From: Catajapyx aquilonaris
Taxonomy: Eukaryota
DNA: 64,000 nt
Assembly: GCA_000934665.2 (NCBI GenBank)
Contig: KZ538307.1
Location: forward strand, 1-64,000
Direction: 5' to 3'
Below the pieces are notes generated by a model. That model made no database searches and was not told where the DNA came from. It worked only from the letters and a program-made list of their open reading frames with translations. The translations under genes and the position numbers were made by a program. The number at the start of each line of letters is the position of its first letter. The stretch's first letter is position 1. This document shows, in pieces, positions 48,231 through 63,200 of this stretch.

Positions 48231-50329
48231 AGTATCAACAATACTTCTGTGTTGTTCTTGAAGGTCTCATTCAGTAGGAGCAGTGCTTATTGGCAGAAGT
48301 GGATCCAAAATAAGCTGGATTTGTTTCCAGCTCGACAGAAGAGCCAATCCGCCGCTGCCATCAGTCAATGTCATGGCTTACCCCTTTTTATGCCATCCAG
48401 AGGGAAATTCTTTGTCCTGATTCACTCTGACGGATTTGTCGTCCATTCTCATCACTCAAGCAAATGTCAGGCAGCGTCACGTGATGTCTAGTGTTGATAA
48501 GCTGAGCCAATGATGAATTTATTTGCGAGATATCTCGGAAAAAGAACGTCCATTTTGGAGCGTGGTCAAAGCCACTTTCGACCTCGCCATTATTTTGGAG
48601 TCTCACGTGATATTTACACGAGCCTTTCGCATTTCCAACTGTATTTTTGAAACATAACATGTGGTTTCCAGTCATGAAAGTTGTCTTCCGGAATTGAGAT
48701 GTATGAAAAGGTCGGCATTTATTTTTGAGCAAGGAAATGCTCGACGAATGGTTTGTGCCTTCTAGTCATGCAGTGCGTGTTTTTCTTTTTATTTGTAAAT
48801 TTGAGGACGATAATGTAGGTCAGGAAGTCCCTTTTGGCTTCCTTTCAGTTCACGTCCAAGGGAATCAGGAGTCCGGAACCTCATTGATAGTACGTATTTC
48901 TAGGTTGCCATAGCCCTGCTTTTGCCAATATTTTCCCTCCGTCTCCCACCATCTGTGATTCATAACCAGTGTTTACACGGTCTCGAGGGGGGTCGAGTTT
49001 GCTCTGAGCTTGGCACGGTGGGTTAGAATCGATAGGATCACCGGCCCAGCAACATAGACAGACGGTGAAGGGAACAAAAATGCCAGGTTGGCCACCACTA
49101 AAGAAGTCATGTTAATGTTGACCTTGCACAATGGGAATGTTTAGCCCGTTTCAAATTTGATGCTCTCATTATTTCTCAGAATGGGCAGAAGTTTGTAGGC
49201 TATTTACTCTCTTACCGGATTGGCTTGGAGGCTTCATGCGATTGGTGATGCGCCTGGCTGGGTCTTTTTTTTTTTGCAACGATTGTCATCAAACTACGTT
49301 GTACATTACATGCAGTCTATAGCCTACATATACAGTAATATGATGGTTTGACCACATTTACACCTATTTTCCGTTTGTAATAATTTATTGAGCACCAACT
49401 ATACCTACCAACGGAATGAGATAATTGAATAGGTTTGTTCCCAGGTCTATATTGCTTACATTAACAATGGAAATCAGGAAGCTATAGCGAGCAAATATTG
49501 ACGGGTGTTCTTCACAATCCCAAAGGTTCATTATCAAATATCATCATTGATCGAGCCTGACTTCATGAGAGGAAGCATCCATTCGCATCCATTACTCTCT
49601 TTAATGGTTAAGTATATACACGCGGAGTCGCGGATAGGGCAAGAGTCTGCCTTTGATGAATGAAGTGGAACGAGGGGAGATAAAACGAATGCAGGGACCA
49701 GACAAAGTATAACTTACAGCATATCAAGATGATGGCAAGGTACAGCATACACCCCCTCCCCATATTTAATTGCTGTACAGGATTATCCAAAATTCTTGTC
49801 TAATTAATGTGGCTATTTGTTGGCACTAAGCTGCTTATTTTAGCAGTTACTTTTGCCAGTATGTACTTGCAGTTGTAAAATTTATGAACAGTTCACAATA
49901 CGCTGAATTGAATGTTTGAATGTTGAATCATCCATTCAACCTCCGAACTGCAAAGTATTTCCTATCAGGAATGGACCATTGGCGCAATTGGCATCTCATG
50001 CCAATGATACAACCCACTTTGTGCAGCCAGATCCCCTTGCAGACTTTAAAAAGGATGGGTATATATGCAACGTAACATCAGCAGCTAATACTTTTCAGTG
50101 ATAGCCAATGATTACAAAAAAGGAACTGCTAAGATAAGCAGAATAGTGTCAACAATTAATAGCCATATCAATCGGACAAGTATTTTGGATCACCATGTAC
50201 TGCACATTATCAAGAGCATATGTTAAAACTTAAAGCCCACCTGATATGAGTTGTACAGAATGTACAGTACTGACTAGACTAGTAGTCGTTAGTCCACATA
50301 CCCACTTGAACTTGGCGCTGACACCCCAC

Positions 50330-51169
50330 TCATTCCACCCCCCACCCCCCTCCCCCCCAAGTGGTGGCCGACATGGCAACCTGGCATGCACGCATGGCAT
50401 CGGGAAGGCAACCTTGAGTCTTGAGCTATTCTCTCTCCCTCGATCTCTACGTGAGTCGTGAGAGCTGTGTGTTTATCTCTGCAGCTGGCCAAGTACTGTA
50501 CTGTACAACTATCCGCACTTTGTGCTGGTGCAGCAATCCTGGTGGTGGTGTCAGCCATGTTGGCTCCAGAGAATCACCTGGCTGGGATGGGGGAGCCCAG
50601 TCGGTGGTCGGAGGGGGAAGGACGGCACCCCCTGCACCCCTTCTCTCCATCGCCCCCGCCGCCCCCCGTCCCGTCCGCCTGAACAGCCCGGTGTAGTTGG
50701 CCTGCCTGCCTGCCTGCCACAGGCTGCCGCTCCAGCCAGCGGCGGACGTGGGACTAGCGAGAAGGTCGGACTGCCTGGCTCTCAGGGGCCGCGCGCGAGC
50801 TGACAGAGAGAGACTGACTCATTCAGTGTTTTGACTGAGACTGCTCGACGACGCACGTAGTCTGGCCGCTGTCTCCACAAGTCTCGCTCTTTGTGGGGGG
50901 GCCTGCAGCAGTGTGCCCACGGGGAGGGCGAACCAGGGGGGAGGACGTGTACCACTCGGGCCTGTCACGGCCCAGGGGCAGAACCGGGGGCTGGGGATCC
51001 GGTGCACTGGGGAAGAGGAGTGGACTGACCGCATACACGGCGGGGGGTGGGAGCAACCATTTGTTGTTGCTTCTGCCTGCTGGACGAGGAGCAGCAGGAG
51101 GAGGAAGAGGAGGACGGGTTGGTCCCACTGCTCGTGCTGGTCCTCTGCTACCTGCCCACGGCATCATAC
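50330..51169 (+). promoter_or_regulatory. GC-rich promoter / 5'UTR island of an unidentified gene
   Basis: High GC and CpG, GA-rich tract, and arthropod Inr-like TCATTCAGT at about 50819-50827 leading to an ATG and donor at 51170-51208. Confidence 0.45.
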
Positions 51170-51207
51170 ATGTTGGGCATGTTCAAGAAGAGGTGGAAGC
51201 CTAAGAG
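51170..51207 (+). CDS. Putative short first coding exon (MLGMFKKRWKPK) of an unidentified gene that continues downstream
   Basis: CATAC-ATG at the end of the GC island, followed by donor AAGAG|GTCAGT (phase 2). No matching second exon identified in the window. Confidence 0.35.
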
Positions 51208-54200
51208 GTCAGTGTCATGCAGTTTGCACACACACTCCCATACCAACATTGCCCCTAGGCTCAAACACTTCACTGTCAAGGGCACATCCAGGACCACCAC
51301 AACATTGCCCAAATGCTGGGTGGTGGTATTGACAGGGTTATACACACTGACCAGAAAATAGTAATGAAGCCTGATCATTTCACTCACAACAAAGCATGCC
51401 GTGCATGCAGGCATTTGAGCCAGTCCATCAAGGTGGCATGTGCCATGGATTGATGACAGTTGCATTATCTAAGAAGCTTACAACTGAAGATTACCAATGC
51501 TGCAAACCAGATCACATATTCAACCACATGGTCTACTGATGGTGGTATTGCTTACTCCATCATTTCATTAGCACTCCACATTTTATTAGAAAAGCCTAGT
51601 TCTTTTACTCCTTGGCTTATGTGTGACTCTTGCAGGCATTGCTTAAATGCACCGTACCTGCATGGGTGACATATAATGATGTCAAATCTTGATGGTTGGT
51701 CTTCATTTCAAAAGTATTTCTCGTATCAGGTATACATATTGTGGGGTACTGTCTCGGAGGGTATCCTTATTTGCAAATATGATGTAGTCAGAGTAAAAGC
51801 TACAGTTGGCGTATAATCACTAAGGTCAAGTTACATTGTACTGTACATGAGCTGGTGTGAATGTAGGAAAATCTGCTGTCTTGGATCATTAGCTTGGAGG
51901 ATGTGCCATAAAAGTGGCATTTATTAATGCTTCTTGGTATGCCTTTAAGTATACACTGGTTTTTGGATGGCTCAGAAACCTGGTCTACTGGGATCCTAAT
52001 TGAGGATGAAAGTTGACAGTTACGAGCATGACTCAAATTACTTGCTGGAAATAAAAACCTAGTGTAAAGTCCACAGTTTCCTTCTTAATTGCTGTTGAGA
52101 AAGAGTTCACTGCATGCAGTCGTGGATGGTACAACTTTTACCGCATTTCCCCCCATATATAAAGTAACAGTATGCATGTGTAGAGTGTGGGAGTATTTCT
52201 CAGGATGTGATCACATTGAGCATGACCATAACGATATAATGCGATTTCACAACTAGGTCACTCTGAATAATAACTTGATCATTGCTGTGGTCCTAATTGG
52301 CTGATTAAACGTAAATCTGCTGCAGCAGTTTTGCGATACTGCAGACATTGCAGTATTGATTATCCTCCCACTTTTAAATCCACAGCCAACTTTGGACTCA
52401 GCACGTGATCCTGAAGAAAGCCCCAAAATGGATTATATGACACCTCATACTAGTGATCAATATTCACAACTGCAAGTGTAATTTTATCAGAGCACGATAA
52501 GATGGCTGAGGCCTCATTATGATGCATAGCTTGCTATAAATTACACCTGAGGGTGTAATAGCCCAGTGCGAGGGGTTGTTAATTTAAGTTATGCTATTGT
52601 TTACAGCACTCTTTTATTATCCTGGAAAATGTGACTTGTTTTATGCCACTCTATTTGATGCAGTTCTTGTCTATTTTAATTCATGAGCCTGTTTATAATG
52701 CATGCTAATGTCACATTGCCATATTGTAACTTGATATTAGCTTGAATAACACATAAATTAGTCCCAGGGTAATGTAATTGCTTGTTTTAATGTGGTGAGC
52801 CTGCGCAACATTATTTTGTATGCCACTTTAAATTATAAATGCAATAACCTGCTGTTTACAAATTGCATACAACAAGCACTTGCTAATTATTATTAAGCTA
52901 TAAGGAAGTAGAAAATTCAAAGTGATGAGTAGCATGTGCAATCCTCTCTTGGAGTCCTCTTCCTGGTTCGACTGGTCCTTCTTACATTGGTTTTATCCTG
53001 GTTTTATTAGTGTTTGTCTCAGTCAATAGTTGTGCCAAAATGGGGCGTTTTTGTTTGTCACTTTTCCTATTAAGGTAGGCCTTTGCCTTACCTTACAAGG
53101 AGCGCTCGCATTCTTGTGGTGCTACATTTTTTGTGGGATGGCAAGTGGAAGGAGGCAGGCATTTATTTTTATTACCTTCCCCTTCACAGCACCACAATTG
53201 TCATTATGATTCATAATATTGCATTATTGTAAAAAGCGGGACATTGGTTTGCCTCTCCTGTTTGTATGTGAGTAGGGTGCAACTGAGGTTTGCTGCTGCA
53301 AGGCCAATGACATTAATTTTATAATGAAGTGTAGTTTGGACCTTAGTTTTGGACACATGTTGTGGACTAGTTGGCAACTAATTTTAACTTTGCCACTGAG
53401 GTGTATGGTGGACTGCTGAGTGTAATATAGGGTACGGCTACTGGCTATTAGGTTGTGGCAGATGGAATTGAAAGAGGATATGAGCAACGCATGGCATGCT
53501 TGGGAAGGGTCAAGGAACGACTTACCCACAGGCTATGAGTCAGCATAATCAGAATTTCAATTATTACAATTCGGTGGGACCGTTTCCGCTTCAGATTGCA
53601 TTGGTGAGCGCGTAATCTTATATTGTAAAATGCTTGGTGACCAAATTCTGACAAAAAAATTCCACACCTGGACACTTGCTTTGTGACTCATCCTCTACCC
53701 GTTTCACTTTTTTCTAACCTCTCTTGCCACAAAGTACGTGACTTGAGAAAGTGCAGACATGTTTTTTTGGTCCGAAAGTCCTAGATTGGAGAGTAGGTGT
53801 AATAGCCAATTATTGGGCAGTTACGACATGGCAAGGGTTTCAATTCGGTCAGAGGGACAATACATGACTGACTTTTTTTCTCTTTTTTTTCTTTTTTTAC
53901 GCATCATTTTTTTGTCTCACTACACCGAGCGGAATTCTGGAGGTGAGTGGCAGCTTTGAAGGCCAAAAGAATTCCCAGCTGCACAATGGCAATAATGCTG
54001 GACGCGTTGCAATCCACTCGGGCTGACGGAAATCCAGCGAATTACTTCAATAGCATTCTTAATCTTGACGGGCTTCGTCTCTGGATAGGGGAAGAAGAAA
54101 AAATGAGATCCATTAAGAATGTAACGGTTTTCTACTGAGCCGTGAAAGCGGGCCATTAGGAAACAATGGGGCACGGCTTGGAAATGTATAAAGAAGGAAC

Positions 54201-57200
54201 TTCATTGAGAGCAAGTAGTTCGAATTTTCAAGACGATTTGAAATATTCGTGAGCGATTTTTTGGTGTTTCTTCGACTGAGAATCAGGAAATCGTGGTTGA
54301 GACAACCGTTCGATTTCACCCTTGTCAATCGGAATACACGTCTCTTGTTTTGTCGGAACAATGGTGCACGACCTCGTGTCACTTCAAAGGAGTGACATGG
54401 CCGACCCCTTCCTATTTCTCTAGCATTGTGTCCTGTAGTTTTTTTTTCTTCAAGACGTGAATGCTGAGGTCACTAGTGCCAATTATGGCATTTCAAACTT
54501 TGATGGATGGGGCACATTCTTTTGAAGGGTGTATGGGAAGCGGCTCCTTAGAAGGCAACAATGGGACAAAGTCGATTTTTTCTCACCAGTGCGGTGCGGC
54601 GATAGGAAGTCAGTGTCCGACCTAGACAGCTATCCATGGTTAAGCTTATTGAAATTTTTTATTGAATTGGGTACCCTAACATGTGCATTGCATCCAGTAT
54701 ATTTCTCAAGAATTGCGCCTCTACCACAAAGCTTTTTCCGATCAAGCTTTTAGTCAGGTCGAAAGGTCGGTGTCGGATCAACAGCTTGTTCAAACAGACG
54801 AAGATAAGAACAGGTTGACAGATCCTTGGAAAAGCATGTCCCAAGGACCTCCAGCACATTGTTGCGCGGCTGCAGCACAAGCTGGGCCGCATTATTTATG
54901 GAAAAATGTCGCGTGACGCTCGGCGTATAGCACGGATTGAACAACGTTGGGGGAGAGAGGGGCCCCTCTTTCGACGACTTTTTGTGACACTCCTGGTACA
55001 TTCAGGGGTCTCCCAGCATTATTCAGCTCCCATGTGGACTAGTCTCTATTGATTCCACGCACACACACAAAATAGGGCTCCTGCTTCGTTTATTTTTCGA
55101 TCGATCATTTTTGCACATATGCGAAAAAAGACGTCACTTGATTTGCAGGTTAATCTCTTGTTAAACTAGGTGGCAACACAGCTCGCTAGGCTGCACTACA
55201 GGGCTATTTTTGACTGCCATTAGGAATCTGGGAGTGCTGGCATCCATGGCCTTTCATGTGCGACTTGTTCACTATAACCCAGTGAGCGGTTGTATATTAT
55301 GCATTTAGAATGCGGACGGGACAATAACGACGGCCGAGTTTGCAGCACAATAGTAACAAACCTGGCCTCGACATAAACATAAAGTTTGGGCCTTTAAATG
55401 CTAATTGAGCGAGTAATGCGGTATCTACACCAGGGCTGGGAGAAAAAAAAAATGCGGACAGTATCATTAAAACCCCTTTTCGGCGCATTCCCAAATGGTC
55501 GGTAGTTTGCAAGCGTTTAATTTCTAGTCATTCGTGAAAAAAGCGAGCTAAACAGTAGGATGTTATTCACAAAATGTCAGCCGTTATAACGTTACTAGTT
55601 TCTTGCGCAGGCAGGAGCGCAAAAAACATGTAATGTAGCGTCAGTTTTTTTACGGTGCCTAGTTGCGGAGATTTACTGCAATCCGGAGGATTATCCAGAA
55701 TTTCTCATGCATGCTAAGAGCGGATGATGCAAAATTTAGTCATACCATTTTTTTTTGCGGGTAATCAATTATGACGCAGTCTGTATCACAAAAGAGTGGG
55801 AAGTCATAAGATAGCCTTATACCGGATAAGCTGACGTTGACCCCAGAATAAACTGAAAAAAGGGAGGGAAATAACTATTTTTTTGAGTTCACCCGACATT
55901 GACGGTATTATCGCAACTTGCAGAGACATCCACAATTTTCGATTACTCGCGTCTAACGTATTACTGCCGCAGGGTTAGGGCGACTGCAACAATATATAGT
56001 GTGAGCACAATGTGTCGTGTTCAGTATATGCAAGAGGAATCCCCCGGAGGAATCATGGCAGGTTTGGAGCGCTACCCTCTCGTGACATGACTCATCGCAC
56101 GTATAACTTTACCTGTAGGGCACTCGCAAAAATAACCGGCGCCAGTGGGGGACTTGCGATTCCATGTCACTTTTTTGCGGGCTTTTTTTGCTAAGGGGAG
56201 AACCGGTGAGGTAATCAAGCTCGGCTCAATAAACGGTAGGGCAGGTGTACAATCACCCCCCTGGAGTAACTGATGCATCACAGCTAGCATTGGATTAAGC
56301 ATGACCCCACGTATTAGTTGGTTAGTCTTGCTTTGCAGTTTGCAAGTCTGCGTGTCAAGTGTATGGGGCTCCTGGAACGGGGGCAATTCGCAAAGCACGA
56401 GAGCCATATGGATGCATATTTGATTAGGATAAGATTTGCACCCAAGGTTATTGGGTATCTAGATGAAGGTTGCTGTGCTGTGCATTCTTTGTGAGAAGAG
56501 GTAGGAGCCAGTGGAATCATGGGATGGAAAATGTTTGGGACTCAGGTTTGGGTAGTACTATGGTGAGTTTCAGGTATAGGGTTATTTTTAGTAGGTAGCA
56601 AGGTGACTGTAAGGAATTTATGGCTGAACTTGATATTTGGTGGAGGTCAGAATTCCTGCGAGGATACTGACAGCATGTCGTAGCATTCAGGAGCTCGATT
56701 TATTGGGGAGAAAATTACTTCTGACATTAATACGTTGCTTTCGGCGGTATAATATTGATGTCGAGTTATTAAGGATTGCAAAGTGTCATTTTTATAGTAC
56801 GGACTGTACCATTAGGGATTCTCGATAAAATACTTATACGTGCAGATAAGAGGAGCCTTACATTTGGAGCGGTCTATATGGAACCTATAGCCCCACTACA
56901 CTGTCTACATTGAAACGTTGCAATATCACATTTGATTGCGTAAATGCACTGTACAGTACAGTACAGTGCAGTATAAGTATAGCACTATATAGCAGCACTA
57001 AGCGTAATAAGCAAATGTCCCGGTATGATGTAATATGACCACTCTAATTAGCCCTGATTACAGTATGATCATGAACATGATGTAGGCTGCTACATTGTTT
57101 TCAGTGGAGTACTGTATTATACGCCATGTATCTTGTAGAAGGTGTGTGTGCTGGCCTGAATATGATAAAATACGGCAATTGTCGCAAAAGATGTGCAGTA

Positions 57201-60200
57201 GATGTGCAATCTGGCTAACATATCAATGGGAGACTATTCTGATGCTATTAAAATGCTAGTACAAATAACCGGACCGAATGTCCGCTGCACATTCATATGT
57301 GCATATGCGTTACTGTTTATTTTATAGTAACGCATGTGAGTGTGAGGCTATTATTTGTATGTTTGATGCTTCTCTAAAAATACAGTATCTATAGCTCGAC
57401 AGTTGTGTTATTTTCACGCTCTTCGGTTCCATTGTTTTCCCATGTCTTTTTTAAATGCAGAAAGAAAGAAAAGCTATTACCTAGGGGACGACCGTTACTA
57501 ATTTCGGGACAGACGGTAAGTCGCACCTAATTACTTCTAACGCTCCAGTGGTTGATCGTACCATTATATTCTCAGGCGAATTTTTAATGGTGGCCCTTTT
57601 TTACGGTATATCTGGTTCAGTAAAGCCACAAAGTGCATTGCGGGCGATTTAAAAAAGCCGGTATGCTATAGCTAATCTCGGTATTGCAATCATGTCTATG
57701 CATTTGCCTGTCGCCATTACTTTTATCAATCCAGTGAAAATTGCCGTGGCTCTCACATTCGGGCATTTCATGCCAAATTACACAGGACATATTAAGCTAG
57801 TGAAGCAACACTTTTTCAATCTGCAATGAAAGAACCCAACCCTAGATAATAATATCAGAAAAGGCAACATTTCCTACGCAGCGTTGATAATACTTCCCCG
57901 CCCAATTTTTTTTCCTCTTCCCCCTATACACCTTTGTGCATCCCGACTCTGAATGGCCCTATAGTGAAATAATTCATAATGGCCATTTGCGTTCAGCATG
58001 TGGAATGAAGCTTCTCTCGTGCGTATTTCCTGCGCCATAAAGCAAATCAGCGGGCCTGAAAGTGCGTGAGGCAGTTGCGTTTCGTATATAGGCAAAAGAA
58101 GGGGGGAGGGAGGATGGTATCATGCTGTTATCTATTTTCCGGTTTGGTTGTGTTCAATTTTTTGTGATCCACAGAGGGGATCCACCCTAAAGAGTGGTCC
58201 CCTACTTTTGGAGATATTTTCACACCAGATCCTCTTGATTTGGAGGTGAGAATTGTGGCTTTGAAGACAATGGCCGAGTTAGTTGTTCCTGGTAATATCT
58301 GGCTTCTAATCTAGGTATTGGGTACATATCGCGGAAGTTGCATTTGCAGGGTTACAAGTAGGTTGTTCAAAACTAAGGAGGCGGTAATAAGCTGTTTCAT
58401 GAAAAATTATTTTTCCAGTATAGCCTGCTGTTCGTTATCGGTAAATTCACATTTCATACAGCCATAACATTCACTGTATATAATACATACGCAAGTACAC
58501 ATCGTCTGTTATTACAGTTGGGTGTTTCCAATTTTGGTGAGCAGTTGGAATGAGTTGTTAAGACACACACTTGATGTTGGATGCTGCATAAGTATGAGAA
58601 GGGTAAGAAATATGGCCAAACTCGTAACACGATCGAATTATTTTATGAAGTTTGGATGTAATAATTTTGTTGGGGTTGAAAGCAAAACGACATGTTTTAC
58701 ACCACCTAAGTAATAACTTGTCCGGAGTAACTACTCGATGGAAAGGTGGAGCAGGTTCGTGATTGTGAGCATAAATAATTTTGAACGTTTAATTATTGGG
58801 AAGAGAATTTATTATTGCCCAAGCTATAGCTTATTTTCTCACTAGACTAGATGAATGAGGACAACTAAGGGACCGTCGGATACACTTATTACGAAATGAA
58901 ATTGCGACCGATTTGGAAATCTGGAGGGCAAAAGGAGCGTCCACGAAGAAAAATAACATGAAGGAACAATGGGGAGCTTTTGTGTTTTGGAGGCATCGTG
59001 GATTCCCACACCTTCAAAGAAAACCCTCCAGTAATTTGGCATAATTGGACGGTCTCACAAAAGGTTTCATTTTGTGTGGAGATCGTTATCCCCGCTTTGA
59101 CGTGACCCTACCTCTAGGGATACGTTTGGGGTCATAGATAGGTACCTAACTGGGTGCAGCTGAACAAAGGAGATGGGGATATCGCTACATGTTGGGCAAT
59201 TTTAGTCTTGTGTGTATTGTGCACGGGGTGAGTGCGAAGTATTGTAACTATAGACGATAAAAAAGGGGTCGACCTGGTCTAATTGCGAAACAATACTTTG
59301 AACATTTTTCAAATTATTAAAGTGGGGCGCATAAATTGCTACTTTCAAACGATCAATGTTTTACCTCCAATCGTATGTGCAAGTGAACTGAATTTCTGCG
59401 TGAAGTTGCAGGCTGTAGCACTTGTCAACATTTTGTTACCTTTACTGGCAACTGCCCTTTTCGGTGGACATTTTGACAGACTCTAACGACAAAATGAATG
59501 GACAGGTGCAAGTTGACCTTAAACTGGGGGCAGCCTTCATTTCATACCCGACCACGAAAGGGTTCCGTGAAACGTTTTGGGGAATTTTTCGAACCAGGGA
59601 GGAAATCATCGACATGCACCTTTGAGCTACCTGAATGAAAAGAGCCGGGCACGTGTTCGGTATACATTATAGGCGCTCCCTCCCATCATGCATCGTTGAC
59701 CACCTGCCCCGGTTCGTAGAGCTCGTCAGAGGTCATTCCACGCCATTCCCAGCCGCTTCCTATTATATTCCATCATAATCGCCAGAAATGTCACCACTTT
59801 CGAAAAACCTTGACCTCCAAAGCTATGTGCGCAACCATCTGAAAGGAGGTCCGACCTTTGTGTTGCCTCCTTTTTTTTCACCCTGGGACTATTCTGGCGA
59901 CATGCCGTCTAGGGATTGACCATGTGGGTGGCTGTAGTCGCCATTTGAGAACAGGGCGGGAAAAAAAGAGACAAGACCACATAGGGACTATGATGAATCG
60001 AGCTTCCAGGGGGGTCCCAGGGACTTGTGCGCAATTTTGGTGTCTGTACAAAGGAACATTTTTTTGTCGTTTCTGTGGGCACCTGCGACTTGTGCGAGAT
60101 TACTTTTTCTTGAATCCGACGGCCTGTTTGCTGTGGGAGTGATTCGTGAGCAGGTGGCCATGTTGTATCAGTGACAGGGCGAGACTTTTTCTGCGAGGAA

Positions 60201-63200
60201 TTTTTCATGGATGTATATGCTGGAGGAAAAAAAGTGACCATGCCAGGACTGGGTCTTTGTTCAGCAGTCTGGCAGATGGTACAAGTGCGGAATATTATTC
60301 AGAGCGTGCGTGTTAATTGACGTTGGGAATGAAAAACGGACGTGTTTTTGTGGCCGGTGTTTTTATTAGTGGCTGCTGTTGATTTTTGTTTGTTACAAGT
60401 TTGTTAGCGACTGAAAAGTGCATTGCACAGTTGTTTTTTATTTTTATTATTTGTCGCAGTCGCAGGCCTTTTTTTTTGTGGGTGTGCCAGATTCAAATCA
60501 GGCTGGATTTGTATGCCAAAGAAAATCGTCCTTGGAATATTTGGGAGGTAAAGAAGTCCGTTGGCCATATAAATCCGGCGCCGCTTCGATCGCCTTATCA
60601 GCACCTACCCTTTTCGACACACAAAAGGGAGCTTGATTATGTAGGTCCCAACTTTTTAACTTGCTCAAGGTGTGTAAATCGGAGCAAACACGGCGTTGTG
60701 ACTTGTCCGACTTTTCCTTTTTTGTTGTTGTTGTTGATGGTGTTCAGGAGGGTGTAGGTAGGGGAAAGGAAGCAATCGATACAAAACCCTCCCTTTTGTC
60801 GATATAAATTATCCCGAGGGCTGCCTTATTAGATTTCCAGGACCCTACCTCACGTCTTCGGTTTCCCTTGAGGAAAAGACGGGAAAAAACGGGATTGTGG
60901 TGGGGTTGGGGGAGACTTGTATCAAAGTGATGGGGGAAGGCCCTACCTACCCCCTTAGAAAATGTATGCTGCAGCGATGTGGAAGAGTAGATAAGGAGCT
61001 AAGAGGAGATGTGCTTGGCCACAGGAGCTTGCAACTAAAAGTCGTGCAGCTGATCATGATGATGAAGGTGGGCCCCCATGCTGAGGGGGATGCTGCATGG
61101 GGAATATTTTATCGTCGATCTGTGCGGCACCCAAAACTCAAAAATTGGGCGTGGAATTACACGGAGAATTGGGAAGGAAGTCTTTCACCTGATCGGATGC
61201 GAGTGGGAGTACAGGGTGGACGTTGATTCGATGGCACAACTGCTCAATTTGGTACAAATTGAGCAGAGAGTATATTGTAGGCGTTATTTTAAGCTTGCTG
61301 ACTGTTTGGATCAGATTTATGTGTTTCATTTTATTTTTAATACTATAGGAGAAAGGAGTTGACAGGTTAGGAGTGATTGTGTCACGAAGTGTAGAACAAC
61401 TAATCGCCACATGAGCTGTTGTCGCATTCAGCCACACGCGTTATTTTTTCTCTCCGTGCCTCTCATTTTTCTGATTGTATCTGCCAAACATGTAAAAGGT
61501 CTCGTATGACCTGCAGGTCACGCGCGGTTGCAGAGATGGGAAGTAAGCGACGTGTTGGACTTTTTCTCCCTTCATTCCTTTTCTTCGGATGAACTGCTAT
61601 CTGTACCAACCACGTGCCCATGTGCTCTAAGGGAGAGGGTTGGTATATAGTAGGCGGATGTGACTGTTGGTCCCCATTTTTGAAGAATGCAAGGGGTCTG
61701 GTACCCTAGCACTAGGACACATCACTCAAGATGGTTATCGTGGACCGAGTTGGAAGCTGAATGTAGAGGGGGTTGCAGGCCTTAATCAGGAGCTGCGGAC
61801 CACAGTTGGAACGTTACTGTAGTAGCCTACTGAAACTTATTCAGCTGGTGTATTTTTAAGCGGAATTTACAGTCTGTTACCGCTGAGCACATGATCCAAA
61901 ACTAATTTTCGCTTACAGCAGCTTATATGGGATAAACAAGTATAGAGAGAAACAGGCTGTCATATGTATTACTTACGGCTGCTTGCTGCCATTTTCCAAT
62001 AACTGTGCATTATAAGGTTCATGACTCATAATTTATGGGCATGTTATTTTGCCTCAAGAATCACCCAATTGTGCAAAATAAGATTAATGCTTGACTGGCA
62101 AGGCGACTGAAATTTCCGTGACAGCTGACCGACTTTAGCCTGGGTTTTAAAATAGAAGCGCGGAGTATTTTTATGGGACAGGGCATTTTGCAGGAAGGGG
62201 AAAAAATATGTAAGTCCTCCCTCCTTCCTGTGAAACTAGTTCACGCTTTAATGGGGAATCGAGCCACTTTCAGGGCTAATGTCTTCTCGGGGAGCAGGCC
62301 CTTGTGTTTGCACCTCCCACCCGGTCTCCCCTTTTGCGAACTGTTGCCAATCAGATAGTGTCACGATATAGTGAAAGAGGAAGGAGAGGCCGGGAACCTC
62401 TAAGACCCTGGTCCATGACTCACGAGGTTTCCGATAAGACTGTTGGGGTTGGTACTTAGTGGAGTGAGAAGAAATTCAACCTCCATTTCTCTAGTTTTTT
62501 TTTTCTATTCTTTCTTTCTTTTTAAATCCCCCCCTCCACCCTTCTCTGAGGTTGATTCTAAATGCTCACTGTGTAGCCTGGTTGGCAGGGAGTAGTTTGC
62601 ATTTCGAGCCAATAAAACTAGTGGGCTCGAAAACTGTTAGGGGCCTTTTGGCTCTGGCCCAGCAGGAGGAGAAATTGGAAACTTCCGTGGATAGAAAGCG
62701 AAGTGGTGGAAATTCGAATGAGGAAGCGGCTCCGTTTTAATTGCTATTTGCTAGTCTTAGAGTGCGAATAGGATAGTGCCGTGCGGCGGCGCGAAAACAA
62801 ATTCATCGGAGCATAAAAATGGCGGGGTGTAATTTCTGCATAATTGGTTGGCAAATAAACGCCCACTGATGGGGAGTAAAAATGGCCCTGAGACTGAAAT
62901 AGGCTTGTCTTCTTTTTTGCTATATGTTCCATGTAATGAAAATAACGGATTTGACCCGGAATTACTGAATGTTTGGGATCAGTAGTCCTTGATACAATAA
63001 TTGCCCATTTTGGGAAGAAAAGGCTGAATTGCAAATAAGGTTATCTGGCTGCCAGCGCCCCAAAAGCATTACTAAATCAAGGTTGCATGCTCTAAATTAG
63101 CAATTAATACCTCGCTGCAAGTTGGGGTTCGAGCCCTTGGGAACTTTGGTGGTGTTTGTGGACTACTATGCGTATTTTGCCATAGCTTTTACATAAATAT

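Noticed and set aside
54683..54916. 77-aa ORF as an exon of the 51-kb gene
   Set aside because: No recognisable domain and no convincing acceptor/donor pair in the required phase.
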